Origin: Candidatus Bathyarchaeota archaeon
GTDB taxonomy: Archaea; Thermoproteota; Bathyarchaeia; Bathyarchaeales; Bathycorpusculaceae
Length of the DNA stretch: 64,000 bases
Assembly (NCBI GenBank): GCA_963733095.1
Contig: CAVTBV010000001.1
Coordinates: 1-64,000 of the forward strand
Direction of reading: 5' to 3'
Position numbers and translations under genes: made by a program. Below the pieces are notes generated by a model. It was given only the letters and a program-made list of their open reading frames with translations. It was not told the origin of the DNA and made no database searches. Positions 47,618 to 57,979 of the stretch are shown here, in pieces. Each line of letters opens with the position of its first letter. Positions within the stretch are counted from its first letter, which is position 1.

Positions 47618-48970
47618 CTACTTCATACCTGGCATACCCATGCCCATGCCTTTACCGCCTAAACCGAACGGCAACTTCTTTTTGTGCTTAAACATCTTGA
47701 GCATCTTACGCATCATAACATACTGCTTGAGAAGTTCCTTGACTTCTTTTTCTGTGGTTCCTGAACCACGGGCGATGCGTCTTGCTCTCGAAGAATTCAA
47801 TAGTTTAGGATTCTCTTTCTCAGCGGGCGTCATGGATTGAATTATGATTCCCCATTTGTCCAGGCGACCTTCAGCAGTGTTCAGCATCTCGTCAGGCACG
47901 TTGGCTGAGGACAGTCCAGGAATCATCTTGAGCACTTTACCGAACGGTCCCATCTTTTTAACCGCTTGGAACTGCTCATACATGTCAGTTAACGTAAAGT
48001 TGCCGCTCATGATGTCTTTGGCTTTCCTTTGAGGAACGCTGATTTCTGCATCTTTGACTTTTTCGAGCAACGTTTCTAAGTCGCCCATGCCTAATAGACG
48101 ACCGACAAATCGTGAAGGAATGAATGCTTCCAAGTCTTCTATTTTTTCGCCTGTGCCGATGAATTTTATGGGTGCACCGGTCGCTGCGACTGCGGATAGT
48201 GCGCCGCCTCCGCGTGAGGACCCATCGAGTTTAGTTACTATGATTGCGCCGATGGGGGTTGCTTCATGGAAGGTTTTGGCTTGCGCAAGCGCCTGCTGTC
48301 CGATGGTACCATCGATAACCATTATGACTTCGTCTGGGTGAATGTTCTTTTCAAGGTCCTTCATTTCCTTGATTAAATCCTTCTCTTCCTTATGTCGACC
48401 CGCTGTGTCAACGATTATCAAATCTTTGTCGCTGAATTGTTTTAGGCCTTCCCTGACAACTTTCACAGGGTCTTTTTGCTTTAAGTCGCCAAAGAATGGG
48501 GTGTTAATTCGAGTTGCGAGTTGTTGAAGTTGGTTGTAGGCGCCGGGGCGGTAAGTATCGGCACAAATTAGCCCTACTCTCAGGCCTCTTTTTTGGAAGT
48601 ACCGCGCCAGTTTAGCAGCGTGGGTGGTTTTTCCTGAACCTTGAATACCGACCAGCATTATGGTTTTCTTTTTACCGGGCTCAACTTTGAGCGGAACAGG
48701 TTTATCGCCGACGAATCGGGTTAATTCTTCGTAGACTACTTTGATGACGTGTTCGCGTCTTGAAACTCCCGGAGGTACCTTCTCCTTTAACGCCCGCTCT
48801 TGTATGCGTTTTGAGATTTCGAGGACAAGCTGCACGTTAACGTCTGCTTGGAGAAGGGCGCGCTGTATGTCGCGGACCAGTTCTTTCACTGCCGCTTCGT
48901 CCACTGCGCCCGCTTTGAAAAGCTTCTTTATTGCGTCGGTTAGAGAAGAACCTAGCTTGTCCAGTGCCAT
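47618..48970 (-). CDS. srp54: signal recognition particle protein SRP54
   Basis: GIQGSGKTT, DTAGRH, TKLD, Met-rich M domain. Confidence 0.97.
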   Translation of the reverse strand: MALDKLGSSLTDAIKKLFKAGAVDEAAVKELVRDIQRALLQADVNVQLVLEISKRIQERALKEKVPPGVSRREHVIKVVYEELTRFVGDKPVPLKVEPGKKKTIMLVGIQGSGKTTHAAKLARYFQKRGLRVGLICADTYRPGAYNQLQQLATRINTPFFGDLKQKDPVKVVREGLKQFSDKDLIIVDTAGRHKEEKDLIKEMKDLEKNIHPDEVIMVIDGTIGQQALAQAKTFHEATPIGAIIVTKLDGSSRGGGALSAVAATGAPIKFIGTGEKIEDLEAFIPSRFVGRLLGMGDLETLLEKVKDAEISVPQRKAKDIMSGNFTLTDMYEQFQAVKKMGPFGKVLKMIPGLSSANVPDEMLNTAEGRLDKWGIIIQSMTPAEKENPKLLNSSRARRIARGSGTTEKEVKELLKQYVMMRKMLKMFKHKKKLPFGLGGKGMGMGMPGMK

Positions 48971-49191
48971 CAGAGTCTCCGCTTAACATTCTATCGTTCT
49001 TTTAAATAAAGATTACAGCGTAAAACCGCGGCAATACAGGTTAATTTCTGGCCGATTACTTTGAAGCCTCAGTTCCCCATTAAAATATTCTTCACAATTC
49101 AGACGGCTCTTCATGCATCATTGGCTTCAAAGCAAAGGCTCCACGCTAGAAAATAAACTTTGATGGAAAAGAATAGAAAATAAATTATTGA

Positions 49192-49584
49192 TTATTTTAC
49201 ACGGACAATTTTTACTTTTCCAAGTATTGCCCAATACTCAATTTCTGCCCCAGCAACGAGTTTCTCTTTAAGTTCAGGTTCATCGGGGAAGGGCGCATCT
49301 AAGTACTCATAAGTTTCTAAATCCATTATTTGCACGCCCGTAGGGTTAACAGCGAAAACTTGACCTGTTCTCTTGTCGATTAAAGGAACTTCTGCGCCTA
49401 GGTCAACTGGCTTTACAAATTGACGTTTCTGACCGTCAAAGATGCCGATTGCGACGATTCTTGCTTTTGCTGATCCGTGTTTTCCTGGTTTAGATTTGGC
49501 GATGTCTACTATTCGGCAGGGTTCACCCTCAATCATCATGTAGCCGCCAACGCGTAAACTTCCGACATCAACTGGTTTACTCAT
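49192..49584 (-). CDS. eif5a: translation factor aIF5A
   Basis: SKPGKHGSAK hypusine motif. Confidence 0.97.
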   Translation of the reverse strand: MSKPVDVGSLRVGGYMMIEGEPCRIVDIAKSKPGKHGSAKARIVAIGIFDGQKRQFVKPVDLGAEVPLIDKRTGQVFAVNPTGVQIMDLETYEYLDAPFPDEPELKEKLVAGAEIEYWAILGKVKIVRVK

Positions 49585-49677
49585 ACGCTCACCACAGTAT
49601 AGTCTCTATTCAATGCAATTTCTTAACAACACCCATATATAGATTAAGGTTTACGCTAGTAGCTGAGCGGTGGAAAA

Positions 49678-50517
49678 ATGTTCAAAACCGTAGGTTTAGT
49701 TGCCCGCTATGACCAAAAAGCTGCTTTGAAGCTTGCTGAAAAACTTGCGGACTACCTCAACGCAAAGGGCTTGAAGGTTTACGTAGAAAACAGCCTTAGC
49801 GACAGAGTATCTTCTCATCAGGAGTTTATTCCACTCTCAGAAATGAAAACTGATTTCATAATAACCATCGGTGGGGATGGAACCATACTTCGAACAGCCA
49901 CAGAGGTGCCTAAGCCTGAACCACCAATCTTAGCCGTCAATATGGGTGTAAGAGGTTTTCTAACCGAAGTGGAGCCACACAAAGCCCTTGAAGCTATAGA
50001 CCGAATTCTAAACGGCGACTATAAAGTTGAAAAATGCAACAAGCTGTGTGTGACGGCTGGTGAGGAAATCTTGCCTGATGCCCTAAACGATGTGGTTGTT
50101 TCGGCTGGTGAACCGTCGAAGATTCTCTATGCAGAGATTCGTAAGGGCGGTAAACCAGTTTTGAAGTGTCAGGCTGACGGGTTAATCGTGGCTACCCCGA
50201 CGGGTTCAACGGGTTATTCTCTCTCTGCAGGTGGACCAGTATTGGATAGCGAGGTGAATGCTTTTGTTATCACTCCAATCTGTTCGCTCACAGTGTTTCA
50301 TTCGCTCGTACTTCCAGCTGACTGCGCCATAACAATCAACGCGCTCAGACCAAACAACATGTATGTTTTGATTGATGGAAATTTTAGAAAACTCTTAACT
50401 GAAAATGAGCCTTCGGTAAGTATTGAGAAATCAAGGAATGTAACCTCGTTTATACGTTTTGAAACTGACTTTTACGATAGATTGCGAAATAGGCTACTGT
50501 TTAAGGGAACAGAATGA
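49678..50517 (+). CDS. nadK: NAD(+) kinase
   Basis: GGDGTIL, GFL, ADGLIVATPTGSTGYSLSAGGP. Confidence 0.95.
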   Translation: MFKTVGLVARYDQKAALKLAEKLADYLNAKGLKVYVENSLSDRVSSHQEFIPLSEMKTDFIITIGGDGTILRTATEVPKPEPPILAVNMGVRGFLTEVEPHKALEAIDRILNGDYKVEKCNKLCVTAGEEILPDALNDVVVSAGEPSKILYAEIRKGGKPVLKCQADGLIVATPTGSTGYSLSAGGPVLDSEVNAFVITPICSLTVFHSLVLPADCAITINALRPNNMYVLIDGNFRKLLTENEPSVSIEKSRNVTSFIRFETDFYDRLRNRLLFKGTE

Positions 50518-51092
50518 AAACTCAAGAGAGCTCTTGTAAGCGAGTGGTTGTTTTAGACACTTCTGCTTTTGTAGCGGGTTTTGACCCTTTCTCATTGGAT
50601 AGCGAACAGTTCACAGTGCCTAAGGTGGAGGAAGAAATCCGACGCAACTCGATGGTTAAAATGCGTTTAGAAATGGCGATTGAAAGCGGAAAACTCAAAG
50701 TTAAAGCGCCCACTCAGGAATTCGAAGTTAATACAGAGAAATCAGCCACTGCAGCCGGAGACTCGTTTAAGCTTTCAGAAGCTGACAAACAGCTTTTGGC
50801 CTTAGCTTTGGAACTTAAAGCCTCAGGGTATGTGCCACAAATCGTTACTGACGATTACTCAATACAGAACGTTGCGACCCAGATGGGGATGGAATTTCTT
50901 TCGCTTGCAACTTTAGGTATCAAACGACTCTTGGAGTGGATACGTTACTGTCCGGCTTGCTACAAAGAGTACGCTGCAGACTCCAAATTCAAGGAATGCC
51001 TAGTCTGCGGAACTGAACTGAAGAGAAAACCGAAAAGACCACAAGCAAATAACTCAGATTTAAAGAAGCAAAAGCAAAATGATAAGCAGTAA
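50514..51092 (+). CDS. nob1: Nob1 rRNA endonuclease (PIN domain plus Zn ribbon)
   Basis: VLDTSAF, LSEAD, TDDYSIQNVA, CPAC...CLVCG. Confidence 0.94.
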   Translation: MKTQESSCKRVVVLDTSAFVAGFDPFSLDSEQFTVPKVEEEIRRNSMVKMRLEMAIESGKLKVKAPTQEFEVNTEKSATAAGDSFKLSEADKQLLALALELKASGYVPQIVTDDYSIQNVATQMGMEFLSLATLGIKRLLEWIRYCPACYKEYAADSKFKECLVCGTELKRKPKRPQANNSDLKKQKQNDKQ

Positions 51093-52868
51093 GCCTTCTG
51101 TTCCAAAGATTGGAGCGATGAGGTGTTTTGCTTTAATGATTGCTTTGTCTACCAAAGTGGTCACTGACTTTAAGCGTTCCTCGCCGATAACTCTGACTTT
51201 AGGCACCACAAAATGCAGGTACCCCGCCGTCGAAGCTTCAAGATTTGCCTCGGCGTTTTTTGCTGCCTCGTTGATGTAGTTTATTAGCAGTTTGTGGTCC
51301 ATGACTTCGCCGACTGGATGGTACCCACGGCGCCCAGTGACAGATGCAGTCACCGAATGAGTGTCAGTTGTGAAGACTTCGCTTAAGTCAAAGCCCATGC
51401 CAGCCAATGAGTCGAGAATGGTTTCCCGAAGTCCAGGAATCATGTTGTTTCCGTCGATGATTACGTAGGCGGTTTTCTGTTTTTCCACCTCTACCACTAT
51501 TGATGTTATTCCGCCCGCACCCATTCCACCTTTAAGGTTAAATTCGGTTGGAAACACCGTAGCTGAGCCGACTTTGAAGGGTTTAGTTGGTAATGAAAGG
51601 GCTTTTTGGAGACATTTCGACGCCGCCACCTTTAACTCGTCAAGATGTTCAGCCGTGTCGATGACTGTGGTTAAGCAGTTATGAGTGTTCACGACCACGG
51701 CGTTCTTGAGTCCGAGAGTTTTTGCTTCCTCGCTGACGATGCGGCCTAACTCTTGGGGTAAATCTTCTGTTGTGTTAGGAGCCAGCGAGAAGGAGAGGAA
51801 GGCGGTGTCTCCGAAAATCTGGCAGGAAGCCGTGGCTGTACCTTCTTTGACGCGAACAAGATGGGACGCTTGTGCATCTTGGGCGTCAAATTTGGCGGAA
51901 TCTACTGTTTGAGCGATTATTTTTCTATTCTGTACTTGCGAAGCTAAGTCAAGTTCATGACCCAGTATGCCTAAGGGAACGCAGGCGTTGCCGCCGAATT
52001 CTTGCTCGTAGCCTTTCTTCAAGAGTGAGGGCAGAAGGCTACTTCCAATGTTCTTGAATGGTCCAGGATGTACCTGTGGAACGATTACGGCTGCTTTGGG
52101 TTTTGAGGCGGCGTCAAACTTTAGCAGTGTAACTTCAATGTCTGCATTAGTACCCATTGTTTCGAGGTGTTTTTCGAGGGGTTCGTTTTGGTCGGTGACC
52201 CAGTTGAGTAGAAAGGCTCTAAACAGGGGCAATGCTGGTAGGGAGTAGGTTCTGCCTAAACGGTCGATTGAGGATAGCAGCAAATAAACCGCGGTATACC
52301 CGATTATGGGCGAGAACACTGCGAAGAGTAAAACTTGCAAGACAACTGCGCTTGAGATACCCATCCAAAAAATCGCAAACGCTGCTATGGATAGAACAGG
52401 CCCGAGCAAGATGGATAGCGCCTGCCGCCATGTGGATGCCGAGGAAGTTGCGTTGAATGCGAGGAAGCGAAGGGTTACAACTGCAGCAAACCCCAAGAGC
52501 GTAAGTTTGACCCAGAGAAGCCAGCTGAAGGCATAGCTTAAGCCTACGCCTAAAACGATGAAGACCAGCCAGATTACCCAGCAGACTAATGACAAGGCGA
52601 GGGTTCGTCTCATCGAAAAGATGGGGTCGCTTTTGAGGATTAATTTGCTTACGATTGTGTCGGTTATGTACGTGATGGCGAAGAGGGAAATGCCCAGTGC
52701 CAAAGTGCCCAGCGAGGGAAAGAGTAGGAGGGTGGTCAGGTTGACGGCGATTATGCAGGTTGCGGCGACTGCTAAGAGTGCTGTTTTGTATGATGGAAGG
52801 GAAAACATGGAGGAATAGTGTTTGGTTGCCCTGTCCATAGATTGGTTTAAGGAACTCTCTTTCGCCAT
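51060..52868 (-). CDS. DUF2070 family membrane protein
   Basis: N-terminal TMs; HPGPFKNIGSS, DGNNM, TTDTH. Confidence 0.88.
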   Translation of the reverse strand: MAKESSLNQSMDRATKHYSSMFSLPSYKTALLAVAATCIIAVNLTTLLLFPSLGTLALGISLFAITYITDTIVSKLILKSDPIFSMRRTLALSLVCWVIWLVFIVLGVGLSYAFSWLLWVKLTLLGFAAVVTLRFLAFNATSSASTWRQALSILLGPVLSIAAFAIFWMGISSAVVLQVLLFAVFSPIIGYTAVYLLLSSIDRLGRTYSLPALPLFRAFLLNWVTDQNEPLEKHLETMGTNADIEVTLLKFDAASKPKAAVIVPQVHPGPFKNIGSSLLPSLLKKGYEQEFGGNACVPLGILGHELDLASQVQNRKIIAQTVDSAKFDAQDAQASHLVRVKEGTATASCQIFGDTAFLSFSLAPNTTEDLPQELGRIVSEEAKTLGLKNAVVVNTHNCLTTVIDTAEHLDELKVAASKCLQKALSLPTKPFKVGSATVFPTEFNLKGGMGAGGITSIVVEVEKQKTAYVIIDGNNMIPGLRETILDSLAGMGFDLSEVFTTDTHSVTASVTGRRGYHPVGEVMDHKLLINYINEAAKNAEANLEASTAGYLHFVVPKVRVIGEERLKSVTTLVDKAIIKAKHLIAPIFGTEGLLLIILLLLL

Positions 52869-53113
52869 AAGACGTCAAAGTATGAAACTGGATAGCCATA
52901 TTAAAATTTAGCTAACTTGATACTTGCGTCAGAGAACACAAAAGACATTTATTTGATTAACATAAAAATGTCAAAGGTTGATTTTTGCATAAAAAAAGGC
53001 TAAGTGCAAAGCCAATACCACTGGATATGAGACTTTGAGCCTATAAAGCAACATATGGCTGCAGGGGAACCGTTTTATGTTTAGAGGCACAATCATATTA
53101 ACTTGCGAAGTTT

Positions 53114-53404
53114 ATGCCCGATCAAGATTTGCCCCCATCGATCTTCCACATGCTGGAGAAAAACTTGGGCAAAAAAATCAGAGTAATTTTAGACCCAGCT
53201 TACGGATTCGAAGGAACCTTAACCGCGGTAACGCATGAACCGTCAGGAATCTGGCTTTCCGATGCTGAAGCAATCGTTTTAAGGTCAACGATTGCGCAGC
53301 CTATCCCGCAGGTTGCAAGCCGAGAAGAAAGAAGCGAGTTATTTCTCCATCTAAATTCAGTTCAAAGAATAGAAGTCTTGCATCCAACACCCGCAAGACG
53401 ATAA
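53114..53404 (+). CDS. divergent Sm/LSm-fold protein
   Basis: LGKKIRVIL...FEGTLTAV...IWLSDAE (Sm1-like) and LFLHLNSVQRIE (Sm2-like). Confidence 0.65.
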   Translation: MPDQDLPPSIFHMLEKNLGKKIRVILDPAYGFEGTLTAVTHEPSGIWLSDAEAIVLRSTIAQPIPQVASREERSELFLHLNSVQRIEVLHPTPARR

Positions 53405-53410
53405 AAAAAA

Positions 53411-53587
53411 TTATACTGGGAAGAAGACTTTTGCGAGAACGGATACGACTATAAGTGAAACCGAAAAGACCACGAGCAATTCAGGACGGATTTTGACGCC
53501 TTCGGTCTCTTCTTCAAAGAACCTAAGCAAACCTGCACTTGCGGCAGGCATTGGACCGGTATCTTTCTTTTTCCTTCTTCCGCTCAT
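53411..53587 (-). CDS. secG: preprotein translocase subunit Sec61beta (missed by the ORF track)
   Basis: MSGRRKKKDTGPMPAASAGLLRFFEEETEGVKIRPELLVVFSVSLIVVSVLAKVFFPV: AGL.RFF motif, KI.P, C-terminal TM. Confidence 0.93.
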   Translation of the reverse strand: MSGRRKKKDTGPMPAASAGLLRFFEEETEGVKIRPELLVVFSVSLIVVSVLAKVFFPV

Positions 53588-53698
53588 CAAATATCCCTAT
53601 CCAAGTTAATGTGATACATGCCTTATATTTTCTTAGCTAATTAATCTTGCGCCAAACTAAGAAAACTTCCACTTAAAATTCGGCTGTATTCCCCGAGT

Positions 53699-53751
53699 GC
53701 CTATTGGAAATTAATAGGATATCATTGCAAAAACCTGTAGAGGGTAGGTGC
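53699..53751 (-). repeat. dispersed intergenic repeat, copy 4
   Basis: Reverse complement CACCTACCCTCTACAGGTTTTTGCAATGATATCCTATTAATTTCCAATAGG is colinear with 14633-14682. Confidence 0.5.
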
Positions 53752-53900
53752 CATAACATTTTCAGAACCAATAGATCAAAGTTAGTTTTTGACACTTAGG
53801 ACATTTTTTTGGATTTTTGTATACGGAAGCATCAACCAAACCAAGCAAAATCAGCTTCAACTTTATAACCGCCAAAAACACCCTCTCTGTCGTGAGCTAT

Positions 53901-54188
53901 ATGGAAATCCATAGATTCCAAGAAATGATGAAACGCCTCTACTATAAACGCGACCGCGAACGGGGAATAGATGGCACCTTCAACTGGTTAGTCGACGAAG
54001 TTCACGAATTAGGTGCCGAACTCAAAGGTTCAGATAGAGAAGCCACCGAAAAAGAGTTCGCCGACGTCTTCGCATGGCTTGCATCGCTTGCTAACATAAT
54101 GGGAATAGACCTTGAACGTGCAGCCCTGAACAAATACAACAACAAATGCCCAAAATGCCAAAGCTCACCCTGCGCTTGCACATTCTAA
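53901..54188 (+). CDS. MazG nucleotide pyrophosphohydrolase domain protein
   Basis: WLVDEVHEL, EFADVFAWLASLAN, C-terminal CPKC..PC.C; start moved to ATG 53901. Confidence 0.9.
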   Translation: MEIHRFQEMMKRLYYKRDRERGIDGTFNWLVDEVHELGAELKGSDREATEKEFADVFAWLASLANIMGIDLERAALNKYNNKCPKCQSSPCACTF

Positions 54189-54481
54189 TCCAGACGCTTC
54201 TGACCTAAACCCGTTGCCAACCAAACATACCGCCCGCTGCCCTTACGGGCGACGGTGCCTTCGTTCTTCAGCAACCTAAGATGATAAACAACCACACCAT
54301 AAGACAAGGCAGTCTGTTTAGCAATCTTGGAAGCACTACAACCTTGCTTTTCGAGCAAGACCAAGATTTTTGATCGCGCCTTAAGACCACACTTTACGTT
54401 TCGTATGTTCTTTAAGTAGGCGTTAGGATGCAGGGTTTCCTTGATGGTCTCTTCACCGCTAAGCAAATGTACAGTCTGCAT
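54185..54481 (-). CDS. ArsR-like winged-helix protein
   Basis: RSKILVLLEK...SASKIAKQTALSYGVVVYHLRLLKNEGTV. Confidence 0.8.
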   Translation of the reverse strand: MQTVHLLSGEETIKETLHPNAYLKNIRNVKCGLKARSKILVLLEKQGCSASKIAKQTALSYGVVVYHLRLLKNEGTVARKGSGRYVWLATGLGQKRLD

Positions 54482-54495
54482 TGAAAAGCTTTAGT

Positions 54496-57400
54496 CTAAT
54501 TAAAATCAAAAAGCTTGGCTTGCTTTGGCTTTTTATTGTCAAACATGGTAGCTATCTCTTCCTTGATTAAGTCCATGCGTTGTGTGTAGTATTTTGGCAA
54601 ACCGTACTTGTCAACTAGTTCCTGCGCTGCGACAAGATACTTTTCTATTCCGCCACGATAAACGGTAAGCGTAAGTTTTCCACCGCAAAAGGGGCATTTT
54701 CCTTTTAGGGGCAAGCGACGAAACTTTTTGTTACAAGACTTGCACCTAAATCCCTGCGTTGAGAAAGCCCGCATGTTCCCAGCAATGTCACGCATGAAAT
54801 GTGTGTTCAAAACTTTCAGCGCCACACGCCTAGCATCAACAGCATCGATCTTTTCACCCAGCTCCAACTGCATGTGGAGCTTATCTATCATGGATTTGAA
54901 TTCTTTGTAGGAGCTGTTGGCGTTTCCGAGGTTGATGTTTGTGCAGGGGGTCGTGTATTGGAAGCCTTCGAATTGTGCTTCTGTGCCTAATCGGTGGCTT
55001 ATGACATCCATCATGGCGCTGGCGGGTCTAGCGTCAAACTTTTCTTGGGTTTTCTTGTAGAATTCAAGGGGGTAGGTGGCGCTAACGTCGAAATCGTGGG
55101 CTTGGCGCTGGACCTCCTTGGTGTTGACGAAGGGAATGAGCAAAATGGGGGCATCCATAATTCCGCCTATCTGCGCAGGCAAAAACACTCTTGAAAAGTT
55201 AAGAAGTGTATCCAAGGCAAGCATGATGGCGTCTTCGTCGCCGTCACAATCCCGACGTTTCGCAGAATGCCAAACTGGATGAGCATAAATCACATTACGG
55301 TCAGTGAAGCCGACCACTCTGCCCAAAATGCATGCACACGTGTGAGGAGCCAACCCAAAAAGCAAGTGACCAACCAAATCTTCAGCTTTTTTGACATTGT
55401 AGTATGCGGGTTGTTTGTAGACGCGCAAAAGGAGGTCATCGATGAAAGCTGCGATTTGGACAAAATAGTCTGCTGCACGCCAAGGAATAACGACGTCTTG
55501 GATTTTTAGTTCGCAGACTTGATTAGGATCAGATAGGGGCAGGCCATGCGCATCAGCCAAATAACCCATTTGATGCATCTTTTCGACAGAGACTCCAACC
55601 TCGAATGGTGTGATATGCGTCAATGGGGCATTTGTGGCGTCAAAACGTATGGTACCATCCTTGTAAACTGAGAGCCCATGCTTTGCCCTCAAGACACCCT
55701 TTTCGATGCTTTCAGGGGTTTTATCGAGATTTGTTAGACCCTTAACACCACGCAACATTTTAGGAGCGGGGTAGCCAAGGTCTCGGCTGGCGGTTTCGAT
55801 TAACTCTTTGAAGTTGATGGGTTGACGCTGATACATGATGCCGTCGGTCTTGCAGGTTGGGCAAACAACGTCTCTTACGGTTCTGCCGCATCTTGGACAA
55901 AACTTCTCAGATATTGTTTCGCATTCACAGGTAGGACATTTGACTTTTATGGTGTAGCTTTTGCAGTTGGGGCATTTACGCTTAGCCAACTCAACAAAGA
56001 CGGGTCCTTGCCGCGAGGCTTCCACGAGGTCTCGATGTGAACCTCCCTTCAAACCGACTGGAAATAATACATGGACAAGGGGCTTCATCTCTCTATGTTT
56101 TGCTTTTTCTGGTCTTCCCATTCGCCCTCCCACATAGGTTGGGGCTTTATCTTTGATTTGCACACCCGAGAGCAGGCTCAGCATTTCCAGAACAGAACTT
56201 GCTTGAACAGCATCGTTTTTGCCAAAGCCAAGAGAAAACGCAAAGGCAGCTGCATCCTCACTCACCAGAGTGATTTTTCCGTCTGCCATTTTGTGTTGCA
56301 CAAAGATTTTTCGAAGGATACTTACCACTGCATCGTTAGCGTCTCCCTTTATTTTGCTTGCAAAGCCATCTTCCACTGTTACCTCGCAGGATTGCAGCCA
56401 CTTTCTCAGCATCTCGACGTCTTGAACGTCACATAGGTTTCCCCAAAATAAGGTACTACTCGGAGCAAGCGGGATATCTAAACAGGAACTCAATGTCACA
56501 GATTCTTTGATGTTTGATTTGTTCACAAATGGATCCAACAGGAAACTCTCTATCTTCTCTTTGGAAAGGTTTGTTGCTTGAGCAACCTTCCGACAATCCG
56601 AACCATACTTTGCTTGGATAGCGCTTTGGAGGTCTTTTGCCCACCATTCCTCCACGTATCCCGAAGGGGGAAGCGGTTTGTTGCAATAGAGGAAATCGCC
56701 AAAATCTATTAGCATATCTCCCAAGAACAGGATTTTTTTAACCTTGCCTTTTACCTCTGCATAGCTTTCGAGCGACACCCGAACAACAGAGTCATCCTTG
56801 AGCAAAACGACGGGTTTTTCAACGCTATCTACAGGCATCGTGACGCCGCCTTTGCCAGGCAACTCAAGACGCATCTGTGTGCCCGCTGCAAGGAAACTTT
56901 CAACCACAAGCATCGTGGCAGGATGAATCCCTACAGCTGAGAGCCCAGTGTTCCGTGACCTACCATACCTTAGGCGAAAACCGCCCCGTGTGGAGGGAAA
57001 AGCGAAAATGGGCCTGCCAGCAATCACATCATCCATAAACCCGCCTGATTTCTTCTCAGATTTCTTTTTGAAATTCTTGAGCCATTCCCAACCTTGAAAG
57101 CCCAGCTTATCAATTATCACATAGACTTTCTGGGCACGCCCCACGATTCCGTCGTTGACAACTCGCAACGCTCCACCTCTGACACGGTTGGTTTCCACTC
57201 TTTCCAAGTTCCGATATGACGAAACTTCAACGGGGTCTGATTCCGTTCCTGTACATTCAACCGGGATTAGGTTGAGAGCTTTTCTTAGTTCTTCGTCAGG
57301 TATATGATATTGAAAACGTCCTACTGAGCGTTCGTAGAGTCTTAGTTCTTCGATGAAGCGGGAGACTTCTTCCTCGGTGGGTTTGTACTTGTCTAAATTT

Positions 57401-57900
57401 AGCTGTCGGCGTACGTAGTCGCCTACTACAAGGGTTAAGGCTTGATCCGTTCCGCCCGCTGAACGGATTGGCCCAGCAAAGTAAACCCCTAAGTAGCGGG
57501 TTCGGTCAGCGTTGGTTTTTATTTTAACTTGAGCTATACCCTGAATTGGCGCTGCAGTTAAGCCTTCAGTGAAGATTGCAAGCGCCGTTCTAATGGCCTG
57601 CTCAGCCATTTTCTCAGGATTCTCCTCGCTGCCAAATTTGCCCTGAGCGATTTCTTCGGCGACTTTGAAGGCTATTTCTTCCCTTGGCATCTTGGTGCTC
57701 CAATCCCTGATGCTCAGAGCAACACCTTTGGGTCCAACCAAGCCTTCCACTAAGTCTGCGATATCCTGGGCGATGATGCATTCGGTTTTTAGGGCTGGGT
57801 CTAAGCCTTTGGATCTGGCGCTGTCGCTTATCGAATATAACCGCTTAAGTTCAGTTTCCATTGTTTCGATGTAGTTTTGATAGCCCTTGCTGATTTTCAA
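54496..57900 (-). CDS. polC: DNA polymerase D large subunit DP2
   Basis: AGPIRSAGGT, GFRLRYGRSR, RMGRPEKA, KRRDCDGDED, Zn fingers; no intein. Confidence 0.98.
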   Translation of the reverse strand: MKISKGYQNYIETMETELKRLYSISDSARSKGLDPALKTECIIAQDIADLVEGLVGPKGVALSIRDWSTKMPREEIAFKVAEEIAQGKFGSEENPEKMAEQAIRTALAIFTEGLTAAPIQGIAQVKIKTNADRTRYLGVYFAGPIRSAGGTDQALTLVVGDYVRRQLNLDKYKPTEEEVSRFIEELRLYERSVGRFQYHIPDEELRKALNLIPVECTGTESDPVEVSSYRNLERVETNRVRGGALRVVNDGIVGRAQKVYVIIDKLGFQGWEWLKNFKKKSEKKSGGFMDDVIAGRPIFAFPSTRGGFRLRYGRSRNTGLSAVGIHPATMLVVESFLAAGTQMRLELPGKGGVTMPVDSVEKPVVLLKDDSVVRVSLESYAEVKGKVKKILFLGDMLIDFGDFLYCNKPLPPSGYVEEWWAKDLQSAIQAKYGSDCRKVAQATNLSKEKIESFLLDPFVNKSNIKESVTLSSCLDIPLAPSSTLFWGNLCDVQDVEMLRKWLQSCEVTVEDGFASKIKGDANDAVVSILRKIFVQHKMADGKITLVSEDAAAFAFSLGFGKNDAVQASSVLEMLSLLSGVQIKDKAPTYVGGRMGRPEKAKHREMKPLVHVLFPVGLKGGSHRDLVEASRQGPVFVELAKRKCPNCKSYTIKVKCPTCECETISEKFCPRCGRTVRDVVCPTCKTDGIMYQRQPINFKELIETASRDLGYPAPKMLRGVKGLTNLDKTPESIEKGVLRAKHGLSVYKDGTIRFDATNAPLTHITPFEVGVSVEKMHQMGYLADAHGLPLSDPNQVCELKIQDVVIPWRAADYFVQIAAFIDDLLLRVYKQPAYYNVKKAEDLVGHLLFGLAPHTCACILGRVVGFTDRNVIYAHPVWHSAKRRDCDGDEDAIMLALDTLLNFSRVFLPAQIGGIMDAPILLIPFVNTKEVQRQAHDFDVSATYPLEFYKKTQEKFDARPASAMMDVISHRLGTEAQFEGFQYTTPCTNINLGNANSSYKEFKSMIDKLHMQLELGEKIDAVDARRVALKVLNTHFMRDIAGNMRAFSTQGFRCKSCNKKFRRLPLKGKCPFCGGKLTLTVYRGGIEKYLVAAQELVDKYGLPKYYTQRMDLIKEEIATMFDNKKPKQAKLFDFN

Positions 57901-57979
57901 GTTTGTGACTCACCCGCAAGATATGGCTGGATGGGTTATTTTGGTTTTCTAAAAGAAACAGAAAAGCTTGAATGAAACT

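Noticed and set aside
23682-57900. Inteins in MCM, RFC or PolD DP2
   Set aside because: Protein lengths are normal and no intein splice motifs were seen.
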